Of a stretch of DNA of 64,000 nt, positions 20,453-27,557 are shown piece by piece; within the stretch, counting starts at the first letter, position 1; every line of letters begins with the position of its first letter. A program made the translations under genes and the position numbers. This DNA is from Tissierellia bacterium. GTDB taxonomy: Bacteria; Bacillota; Clostridia; Tissierellales; Sedimentibacteraceae. The notes beneath the pieces were generated by a model that had not been told where the DNA came from, made no database searches, and saw nothing but the letters and a program-made list of their open reading frames with translations. The DNA lies in assembly GCA_012520455.1 (NCBI GenBank), contig JAAYOE010000037.1:6027-70026 (forward strand), given 5' to 3'.

Positions 20453-20797
20453 ATGTATAATAAAAACAAAGGCTTTAAATATGAAAAAATCGCTGAAGAA
20501 TACTTGCTCGCCAAGGGATATAAAATATTGGAGGTAAACTTTGCAAGCAGGTTTGGAGAAATAGATATTATTGGCCAAAAAGACGGCAGGCTCCACTTCG
20601 TTGAGGTAAAGGGGCGGAAAAATACAGAGCACGGCTATCCCAGGGAAGCAGTGACTCCTGCCAAACAAAAAAAGCTGAGGAGTGCGGCCAAATACTATTT
20701 CATGCTCAAAGAAAAGGACGATTACCCCTGCCAGTTTGACGTCATTGAAATTATTTTGGATAGCAGGGAACTAAACCACATAGAAAATGCCTTTTAA
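20453..20797 (+). CDS. yraN: YraN-family protein (restriction-endonuclease-like fold)
   Basis: G..E..A..YL..KGY.IL..N...GEIDII...FVEVKGR. Confidence 0.9.
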   Translation: MYNKNKGFKYEKIAEEYLLAKGYKILEVNFASRFGEIDIIGQKDGRLHFVEVKGRKNTEHGYPREAVTPAKQKKLRSAAKYYFMLKEKDDYPCQFDVIEIILDSRELNHIENAF

Positions 20798-20826
20798 CAA
20801 GTTCAGACTTCTCTGAACTTGTTTTT
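20796..20826 (+). terminator. Intrinsic terminator
   Basis: AACAAGTTCAGA-CTTC-TCTGAACTTGTT plus T-tract. Confidence 0.8.
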
Positions 20827-20870
20827 ATGACAAGGGGATGACAAGGGGACGGGGGTAGTGTCATCTTTTT
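20827..20870 (+). repeat. REP-like repeat: partial copy (20827-20837) plus full 27-bp copy (20838-20864) with CTTTTT tail
   Basis: ATGACAAGGGG-ATGACAAGGGGACGGGGGTAGTGTCAT-CTTTTT, identical to copies at 23401 and 25950. Confidence 0.9.
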
Positions 20871-20886
20871 TCTCTTATTTTACAGG

Positions 20887-20915
20887 TTGACCTAATTATT
20901 TATCTGTGTTATTAT
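20887..20915 (+). promoter_or_regulatory. Sigma-A promoter for mtaB
   Basis: TTGACC-17-TATTAT with extended -10 TG. Confidence 0.6.
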
Positions 20916-20945
20916 CATCCAAGAAATTTACCTCAAGGAGCAACA

Positions 20946-22259
20946 ATGAATAAGGATACAAAAAAAGAATATACTGTTTCTTTCATCACCTTGGGCTGCA
21001 AGGTAAACCAGTACGAAACAGAAGCTATGACTGAAGTTTTGGAGGCTGAAGGATTTAAAGTTCTTCCTCCCGATGAAATCAGCGACATATATATCATCAA
21101 CACTTGTGCAGTCACCAAGGAAAGCGAAAGAAAATCCAGGCAGTTTATAAACAAGGCAAAAAGAATAAATCCTGATGCTTTAGTGGTTGCGGTAGGCTGC
21201 AGCGTCCAGTTGAATTCCGAAAAAATCAATAAAGAAACAGCAGCAGACATAATTATCGGGACAAAGCATAAAGGTAATATAGGAAGAATCATTAAAGATA
21301 AGCTTAATAACACTGAACAAACTTATGCTATCGAAGAATTTAAAAGCAGGGAAAGCTTCGAAGAGTTAAAGATAAGTACCCTTCATGATAAGACCCGGGC
21401 TAATATAAAGATTCAGGACGGCTGCAGTCAGTTTTGCTCCTACTGCATCATTCCTTATGTCAGAGGACCCGTAAGAAGCAGGAATCATGAAGATATCATA
21501 AAGGAAGTAACAAGAATAGCAAAAAGCGGCTATAAAGAAGTCGTACTGAACGGAATACACATATCCTCTTATGGAAAGGACCTTAAAGAAAAGTATTATC
21601 TCATTGATTTGATAGAAGATATAAATAAAATAGAAGGAATTGAAAGAATCAGGCTTGGGTCCATAGAGCCCAACCTGATAAATGAAGATTTCATGAAAAG
21701 ATATGCAGACTTGGACAAGACCTGCGACCATTTTCATCTATCCCTCCAAAGCGGCAGCGATAGTGTTTTAAAGAGGATGAACAGAAGATATACCGGGGAT
21801 GAATATAAAAACAAGGTGGATTTAATAAGAAAATTCATGCCTGGTGCGGGAATCACAACAGATATAATTGTGGGTTTTCCCGGAGAAAGCGACGAGGAAT
21901 TCAATGAGACCCTGGAATTTGTGAGACAAATAAAATTCTCCCGAATACATGTTTTCAAGTATTCTGTTCGGGAAGGCACCAAGGCTGCGGAAATAGAACC
22001 CAAAATAATAGATTCGGTAAAATCGGAAAGAAGCAAAATCCTTATTGATTTAGGCGAAAGAATCTCCCGTGAATTCATGAAGAAATTTATCGGCAGGAAC
22101 CTGTCGGTATTGATAGAAACCGAAAAAAATAATGACCGGTATGAGGGTTATACAACAAATTACTTGAAAGTTTTGTTAAAAAGTGATATAAATGTTAAAA
22201 ACGAAATAATTAACGTTCATATAAAGGGAATCAGGAACGATTATTTATTGGCTGAATAA
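20946..22259 (+). CDS. mtaB: tRNA t6A37 methylthiotransferase
   Basis: TLGCKVNQYETE, INTCAVT, radical-SAM GCSQFCSYC, TDIIVGFPGE, C-terminal TRAM. Confidence 0.92.
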   Translation: MNKDTKKEYTVSFITLGCKVNQYETEAMTEVLEAEGFKVLPPDEISDIYIINTCAVTKESERKSRQFINKAKRINPDALVVAVGCSVQLNSEKINKETAADIIIGTKHKGNIGRIIKDKLNNTEQTYAIEEFKSRESFEELKISTLHDKTRANIKIQDGCSQFCSYCIIPYVRGPVRSRNHEDIIKEVTRIAKSGYKEVVLNGIHISSYGKDLKEKYYLIDLIEDINKIEGIERIRLGSIEPNLINEDFMKRYADLDKTCDHFHLSLQSGSDSVLKRMNRRYTGDEYKNKVDLIRKFMPGAGITTDIIVGFPGESDEEFNETLEFVRQIKFSRIHVFKYSVREGTKAAEIEPKIIDSVKSERSKILIDLGERISREFMKKFIGRNLSVLIETEKNNDRYEGYTTNYLKVLLKSDINVKNEIINVHIKGIRNDYLLAE

Positions 22260-22280
22260 ATTGTGAAGTGAGGTGAAATA

Positions 22281-22622
22281 ATGGATTGTATTTTTTGCAA
22301 GATTGCAAACAAAGAAATTCCGTCTCAGTTGGTATTTGAAAATGAATACGTAGCAGCTTTCAGAGATTTGGCTCCCCAAGCTCCTGTGCATATATTAGTC
22401 GTGCCAAAGGTTCACATAGGTTCAATGAATGAAATCACTGAGGAAAACAGCCATTTGGTTGCAGAAATCTTTAAAGCAATCAATAAAATCGCCGAGTCAG
22501 AAGGTATTAAGGATACCGGCTACAGGGTGATCAGCAACTGCGGCAAAGACGCTTGTCAATCGGTGCAACATTTGCATTTTCATGTTTTAGGCGGAAAGAA
22601 ATTATCAGAATCATTAGCATAA
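22281..22622 (+). CDS. Histidine triad (HIT) nucleotide-binding protein
   Basis: DCIFCKI, HLHFHVLGG. Confidence 0.95.
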   Translation: MDCIFCKIANKEIPSQLVFENEYVAAFRDLAPQAPVHILVVPKVHIGSMNEITEENSHLVAEIFKAINKIAESEGIKDTGYRVISNCGKDACQSVQHLHFHVLGGKKLSESLA

Positions 22623-22627
22623 ATTAC

Positions 22628-22656
22628 TTGCATTTACTTATTCTATGTTATATAAT
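22628..22656 (+). promoter_or_regulatory. Sigma-A promoter for rpsU-yqeY
   Basis: TTGCAT-17-TATAAT. Confidence 0.7.
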
Positions 22657-22732
22657 AATAAATGCTATTTCAAACTCGCTGGTGTCTTAGGACAACTGGT
22701 AATTGAGGACGAGGGGAGGGTAGCAAGCAATA

Positions 22733-22918
22733 ATGACAGAGGTAAGAGTAAGAGAAAACGAGTCCATAGATAATGCTCTTAGAAGATTTAAAAGACAATG
22801 CGCACTTACCGGCGTGATGTCTGAAGTAAGAAAAAGAGAACATTATGAAAAGCCAAGCGTTAAGCGTAAAAAAAAGGCTGAAGCGGCTCGCAGGAAGAAG
22901 AATAAGAAAGCAAGATAA
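22733..22918 (+). CDS. rpsU: 30S ribosomal protein S21
   Basis: [36 protein letters not shown]. Confidence 0.97.
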   Translation: MTEVRVRENESIDNALRRFKRQCALTGVMSEVRKREHYEKPSVKRKKKAEAARRKKNKKAR

Positions 22919-22929
22919 GAGGTGAAAGC

Positions 22930-23373
22930 ATGCCTTTAAAAGAGAAACTCATGGAAGATTTAAAAGAATCCATGAAGTCTAAGAACAAAGTCAGAAAAGA
23001 TACCATTACAATGGTCAGAGCTGCAATTAAACAAAAAGAAGTTGACGAAAGAATCGAATTAACAGATGCTGAAATAGTAGATATAATAGCCAAGCAGGTT
23101 AAAAATAAAAAAGATTCGATATCTGACTTTCAAAAAGGCAATCGACAGGATCTTGTAGATCTAACCAACCAAGAAATCAAAATACTTTTAGAATATTTAC
23201 CGCCTCAACTGTCAGATGAAGACCTTGATGCAATTGTGAAAGAAGCAATCGAAGCAACAGGGGCCCAGTCCAAAAAAGATATGGGCAAGCTCATGGCCTT
23301 CATAATGCCCAAGGTAAAGGGCAAGGCTGACGGTAAACATGTAAATGAAATTGTGGCTAAATATATAAAGTAG
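22930..23373 (+). CDS. yqeY: GatB/YqeY domain protein
   Basis: LKEKLMEDLKESMK, YLPPQLS, MGKLM..KGKADG; follows rpsU. Confidence 0.93.
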   Translation: MPLKEKLMEDLKESMKSKNKVRKDTITMVRAAIKQKEVDERIELTDAEIVDIIAKQVKNKKDSISDFQKGNRQDLVDLTNQEIKILLEYLPPQLSDEDLDAIVKEAIEATGAQSKKDMGKLMAFIMPKVKGKADGKHVNEIVAKYIK

Positions 23374-23374
23374 T

Positions 23375-23399
23375 AAAAGAACCCCATGGGTTCTTTTTT
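23375..23399 (+). terminator. Intrinsic terminator of rpsU-yqeY
   Basis: AAAAGAACCC-CAT-GGGTTCTTTTTT. Confidence 0.8.
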
Positions 23400-23400
23400 A

Positions 23401-23462
23401 ATGACAAGGGGACGGGGGTAGTGTCATCTTTTTTTATCACGGGAAGACGTGGGCACTGTCAT
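23401..23462 (+). repeat. REP-like repeat tandem: perfect copy 23401-23427 and degenerate copy 23436-23462
   Basis: ATGACAAGGGGACGGGGGTAGTGTCAT then CTTTTTTT then ATCACGGGAAGACGTGGGCACTGTCAT (19/27). Confidence 0.85.
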
Positions 23463-23583
23463 AATTTATTATAAGTAAGCAAAGAATCACAAGCATATAG
23501 ATGATTATTTAGAATGTTTTCAACGGACTTTTTTGGGTAGATATATATTGATTAAGATAGAGAATATATGAAAGAGGGATTTT

Positions 23584-24360
23584 ATGAACCAAGTAAAAGA
23601 TATGCCGGTACTCTTCGTGGGACACGGCTCACCCATGAATGCCATAGAAGATAACAAGTTTGTCCGCGAATGGGAAGCTTTAGCGGATAAGATACCCAAA
23701 CCAAGAGCAATACTATCAATTTCAGCCCACTGGTTTACGAAGGGTACAAAAATTATGGATGAAGAATCACCTGAAACCATATACGATATGTATGGATTTC
23801 CGGATGACCTTTACAAAATAGTCTATGCTGCCAAAGGCTCTCCCGGCCTTGCTCATAAAACTGCTGAAATGATAAACCGTCCCGTTGAAATTGATAATTC
23901 ATGGGGTTATGACCACGGCACGTGGTCGGTACTCTGCAGAATATATCCAAAGGCTGACATTCCTCTTGTTCAACTCAGCATAGACCGCGATGCTTCAATG
24001 GAGGACCATTATAATATCGGCAAGGAGCTGATTAAACTTCGGGAAGAAGGTGTCCTGATCTTTGGAAGCGGGAATGTTACCCACAATTTAAGAAGACTTG
24101 ACTGGCACAATAAGGGGGGATATGATTGGGCTGAAGATTTTGACAAATACATCATTGAAAATGTAATAAAGGGAAACTTTGATAACGTTATTGACTATAG
24201 AAGGGCAGGACAGTCAGCGGATTACGCTGTACCGATTGCTGATCATTTTGCACCCCTCTTATATGTTTTAGGTGCCTTGAAAGGCGGAGAAAAGACGAGG
24301 GTCTTTAATGATGAGTGCATATTGGGTTCACTTTCCATGACAAGCTTTTTATTTGAATAA
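23584..24360 (+). CDS. 4,5-DOPA extradiol dioxygenase-like (YgiD/LigB family)
   Basis: LFVGHGSPMNA, SAHW, GYDHGTW, GSGNVTHNL, DHFAPL. Confidence 0.9.
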   Translation: MNQVKDMPVLFVGHGSPMNAIEDNKFVREWEALADKIPKPRAILSISAHWFTKGTKIMDEESPETIYDMYGFPDDLYKIVYAAKGSPGLAHKTAEMINRPVEIDNSWGYDHGTWSVLCRIYPKADIPLVQLSIDRDASMEDHYNIGKELIKLREEGVLIFGSGNVTHNLRRLDWHNKGGYDWAEDFDKYIIENVIKGNFDNVIDYRRAGQSADYAVPIADHFAPLLYVLGALKGGEKTRVFNDECILGSLSMTSFLFE

Positions 24361-24366
24361 AATGCA

Positions 24367-24393
24367 AAAAAAGAACTCAAGGGGTTCTTTTTT
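24367..24393 (+). terminator. Intrinsic terminator
   Basis: AAAAAAGAACTC-AAG-GGGTTCTTTTTT. Confidence 0.75.
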
Positions 24394-24400
24394 GATGCCT

Positions 24401-24460
24401 AAAAGATGACACTAAGCCCCGTCCCCTTGTCATATAACAAGGGGAGGAGGGTAGTGACAT
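24401..24460. repeat. Inverted pair of REP-like repeats (REPIN-like): minus copy 24406-24433 and plus copy 24434-24460
   Basis: ATGACACTAAGCCCCGTCCCCTTGTCAT abutting ATAACAAGGGGAGGAGGGTAGTGACAT (23/27). Confidence 0.85.
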
Positions 24461-24489
24461 TACTAAAGAATAATCGACAAAAACCTTGA

Positions 24490-24518
24490 TTGACAGGCTT
24501 TTTGCCCTATGGTATAAA
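24490..24518 (+). promoter_or_regulatory. Sigma-A promoter for the RAYT gene
   Basis: TTGACA-17-TATAAA with extended -10 TG. Confidence 0.75.
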
Positions 24519-24539
24519 TTACCAAAGGGGTGAGTATTC

Positions 24540-25304
24540 ATGCCAAGAACTTCGAGACTTAAAAGTGAAAGCGGAATATACCATATAATAATGAGGGGTA
24601 TTAACAGACAAAGGATATTTTTTGATGATGAAGATTGCAACAGGTTTATTCACACTTTAATGGAATATAAAGATGTGTGCGGTTTTAAAATCTATACCTA
24701 TTGCTTGATGGAAAATCATATGCATTTATTGTTGCACGAATGCAAGGAATTGTTGGGAACTATCATGAGAAGGATATGCAGCTCTTATGTTTTTTGGTAT
24801 AACAAAAAATATGACAGGATTGGATATTTGTTTCAAGATCGTTTTAAAAGCGAGCCTGTGGAGGATGATACATATTTTTTGACAGTATTGCGATACATAC
24901 TTCAAAATCCGGTAAAAGCAGGACTTGTCGATAAGATTGAAGATTATGAGTGGACAAACTATAATGATTATATTGGAATAAACAGGATGACGGATACTCA
25001 TTTTGTTTTGCAATTTTTTGATGAAATCGATAAGGTAAATGCATTGAAGCTATTTATTGAATATGTGAATAAAGAAAATGGCGATGAATGTATGGATGTA
25101 AACGAAAGAAGGCAGCCGGCTGACCATGAAGCAATAAGAATAATTAAAAACTGCTGTAAGATTAATGATGAGAAGGACTTGCTTAAACTTGGAAAGGATG
25201 TAAGGAACACATATTTAAGAGAATTGATAAAAAAACATAATTTGTCAATAAGACAAATTGAAAGATTGACAGGTATAGGGAGAGGGGTAATCCAGAAACT
25301 GTAG
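24540..25304 (+). mobile_element. REP-associated tyrosine transposase (RAYT; HUH/Y1, IS200/IS605 superfamily) with C-terminal HTH
   Basis: MPRTSR, YHIIMRGINRQRIF, HUH motif YCLMENHMHLLL, LFQDRFKS, LRYILQNPVKAGLV (catalytic Tyr), tail LSIRQIERLTGIGRGVI; intact 254-aa ORF. Confidence 0.88.
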
Positions 25305-25331
25305 ATGACATTACCCCCGTCCCCTTGTCAT
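25305..25331 (-). repeat. REP-like repeat starting at the base after the RAYT stop codon
   Basis: Reverse complement ATGACAAGGGGACGGGGGTAATGTCAT (26/27). Confidence 0.9.
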
Positions 25332-25349
25332 CTAAGTGAGGAGGAAATT

Positions 25350-25883
25350 ATGATAAAGGATATTGAAAAAATTGAAAAGGCAAGATTAATTATACAAAAG
25401 ATTGCAGACGGAACAAATCCGATTAACGGCCAGCCCGTAGAAGCTGACAGTTTTCTCCATGATTCAAGGATTATCAGGTGTTTTTATTTTATTTCAGAGG
25501 TATTGGAGGCCGTTGTTAAGGGTACATACAGCAATAAAAAGATTAATGATTTTGTAATTACCGATGAGCAAAAAAACAAGGTAGTTTTTACCGAGGGAAA
25601 TATAGGAGTTAATGAAGCTGCCAGGTGCATTAATCTGCAACTGAATCCCTTAATGAGCAAAAAAGTAACGGGAGCCCTATTGAATAAAGGATTAAAAAGA
25701 TTAGGCATACTTTCGGAAGCAGTAGAAGATGGGAAGAAAAGAACCGTCACAAATGAAATTTCAAAAGACTACGGTTTCTTCTCAGAGAAGAGAAGTTATG
25801 ACGGCAGAGAATATGATATGGTATTAATTAATAATGAAGGCAAAAAATATATTTTAGATAATATTGAAAAGATTATGGAATAA
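25350..25883 (+). CDS. Hypothetical protein (177 aa); C-terminal half resembles KilA-C/ANT-like DNA-binding domains
   Basis: RBS GAGGAGG, ATG 25350 (ORF-track ATG 25305 lies inside the repeat); LNKGLKRLGIL..RTVT..G..VLINNEGKKYI pattern judged by eye. Confidence 0.75.
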   Translation: MIKDIEKIEKARLIIQKIADGTNPINGQPVEADSFLHDSRIIRCFYFISEVLEAVVKGTYSNKKINDFVITDEQKNKVVFTEGNIGVNEAARCINLQLNPLMSKKVTGALLNKGLKRLGILSEAVEDGKKRTVTNEISKDYGFFSEKRSYDGREYDMVLINNEGKKYILDNIEKIME

Positions 25884-25890
25884 GGTGGGT

Positions 25891-25976
25891 ACCTCTTTCC
25901 TTGTCACGTAAAAAGATGACGCAACCCCCGTCCCCTTGTCATGAAAAAGATGACACTACCCCCGTCCCCTTGTCAT
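25891..25976 (-). repeat. Tandem REP-like repeats: perfect 25950-25976, variant 25916-25942, degenerate partial near 25891-25907
   Basis: Minus strand reads ATGACAAGGGGACGGGGGTAGTGTCAT-CTTTTTC-ATGACAAGGGGACGGGGGTTGCGTCAT-CTTTTTAC-GTGACAAGGAAAG; period 34-35 bp. Confidence 0.9.
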
Positions 25977-25977
25977 C

Positions 25978-26003
25978 AAAAGAGCCCTGAAAGGGGTCTT
26001 TTT
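25978..26003 (+). terminator. Intrinsic terminator at right end of island
   Basis: AAAAGAGCCC-TGAAA-GGGGTCTTTT. Confidence 0.65.
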
Positions 26004-26006
26004 ATT

Positions 26007-26036
26007 TTCATAGGAGGGTTGGTAACCGCATAATTT
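26007..26036 (+). promoter_or_regulatory. SigE-type promoter for yqfC-yqfD
   Basis: TCATA-16-CATAATTT, same spacing as the B. subtilis spoIID-type SigE consensus; yqfCD is SigE-controlled in B. subtilis. Confidence 0.65.
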
Positions 26037-26070
26037 GTAGTAAGACAAATAAATGACCGGGGAGGGGAAT

Positions 26071-26352
26071 ATGAGCAAGTTTAACGATTTTAGGAGCAAA
26101 TTGGCGGATGAACTTGAAATACCCAATGATGCTTTGTCGGATAATTTTGAGCTGAGTATGCACGGCAACAAAAAAGTGATAATAGAAAACCATTTAGGTT
26201 TAAGGGTTTATGAAGACAACCGGGTGACAGTAAAAACCAAAGACCAGGATATAACAATAAAAGGCTCCAAATTCAAGATAAAGGAAATAAATCAATATAA
26301 AGTTATAGTGAAGGGGAAAATTAAAGAAATAGTATTTAGTATGAAGGAGTAG
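26071..26352 (+). CDS. yqfC: YabP/YqfC-family sporulation protein
   Basis: LADELEIP, VIIENHLGL..Y, I.G..IKEI; precedes yqfD. Confidence 0.85.
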   Translation: MSKFNDFRSKLADELEIPNDALSDNFELSMHGNKKVIIENHLGLRVYEDNRVTVKTKDQDITIKGSKFKIKEINQYKVIVKGKIKEIVFSMKE

Positions 26353-26354
26353 AT

Positions 26355-27557
26355 ATGTTAATATTCAAGCTCATGCATTTAATAAGAGGATATGTGGTCA
26401 TCCGGTCGGATGCCATAAACTCGGAAAAAATCTTGAATATACTCCGAAGAAAAAACATCACGGTATGGGATGTGCAAAAGAAGGACAAAGGAACAAGGTT
26501 TAAAATTTCCTATGATGACTATATAAAAAACTATGATTTGCTCAAGGAAATCATAAAACCGGCGGCAAAGAGGGGAGCCTTAATAAAGCTAAAGAAGCTT
26601 AAATTAAGGAAGGGTTTTTCAATAGGAATCTTGATATTGATAATATCTCTTTATTTGCTTACTTCCTTGATATGGGAGGTGGAGGTTGTAGGAACCAATC
26701 AAAAAAACATAAATAATATTTTGGCCTTTTTGGAAGAGAATAAATTAAAAGTACCCTTTGCCATTTCAAAAACACAGGCAAAAAAATTAGAAACCATGAT
26801 TTATAATCACTTCGACTATAGATTTGTGGATGTTATCCAGGAAGGGTCAAAGTTAATCATAATAGTCAAGGAAAGAGAAGCTGAGCCGGCTGAAATAAAA
26901 AGCAATGAGCCATCCAGCATCATTGCTTCAAAAAATGCGATAGTAAGCAAGGTAATTGCCAAGAGCGGCCAGCCTGTCGTAAGGGAGGGAGACGTTGTAT
27001 ATGAAGGCCAAACCTTAATAATGGGCCTGGTCCGGAAGAAGAATTCCGATGAATTCATGATGGTCCCCTCTGACGGAATTGTTTACGGCAAGACTTATTA
27101 TAATTTTGAAATGAAGGAAGCTAAAGTCAGGAGCCTTAGCCTAGCCACAAATAAAAGCAAGTCTGTTTATTACTTGAAAATAAAAGGGAATAGTATTAAA
27201 ATAGTAGGTGACAAAGAACCCTATGAAAACTATAATTATAGGGAGAAGGTCATAAAAGTGCCTATTCTTTCAAATATAACCGATATCAGCCTCTTGAAGG
27301 GAACCTGGTATGAAGAAGTTTTAAAGGATATAGAAATTGATAAGAATACTGCCGAAAACAAAATGAAAATAAGCATGTATGATGAACTCTTAAAAAGATG
27401 CGATGATGACAGCAGGATTCTAAAATCAACAATTAACTTTTCGGAGGATGAGGAATTTTATTATTTGACAGCCCAGATAGAGGTAATTGAAGATATAGGA
27501 GAAAGGGTAAGAATTTATCCCCTAACCGAAGAGACAGAAGAAAAAATGGAGGAATAA
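26355..27557 (+). CDS. yqfD: Stage IV sporulation protein YqfD
   Basis: GYVVIR, EKILNIL, single TM, IIASKNAIV..SGQPVV.EGDVV..GQ.LI; position between yqfC and phoH. Confidence 0.82.
   Translation: MLIFKLMHLIRGYVVIRSDAINSEKILNILRRKNITVWDVQKKDKGTRFKISYDDYIKNYDLLKEIIKPAAKRGALIKLKKLKLRKGFSIGILILIISLYLLTSLIWEVEVVGTNQKNINNILAFLEENKLKVPFAISKTQAKKLETMIYNHFDYRFVDVIQEGSKLIIIVKEREAEPAEIKSNEPSSIIASKNAIVSKVIAKSGQPVVREGDVVYEGQTLIMGLVRKKNSDEFMMVPSDGIVYGKTYYNFEMKEAKVRSLSLATNKSKSVYYLKIKGNSIKIVGDKEPYENYNYREKVIKVPILSNITDISLLKGTWYEEVLKDIEIDKNTAENKMKISMYDELLKRCDDDSRILKSTINFSEDEEFYYLTAQIEVIEDIGERVRIYPLTEETEEKMEE

Noticed and set aside
25305-25349. ORF-track N-terminal extension MTLPPSPCHLSEEEI
   Set aside because: The ATG is the first codon of the repeat; a strong RBS precedes ATG 25350
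20827-25976. Repeats as a CRISPR array
   Set aside because: Mixed orientations, 0-8 bp or gene-sized spacing, no unique 30-40 bp spacers and no cas genes
23401-25976. Classical DDE composite transposon
   Set aside because: Inverted ends are present, but the only transposase is HUH/Y1 type and no target-site duplication is visible
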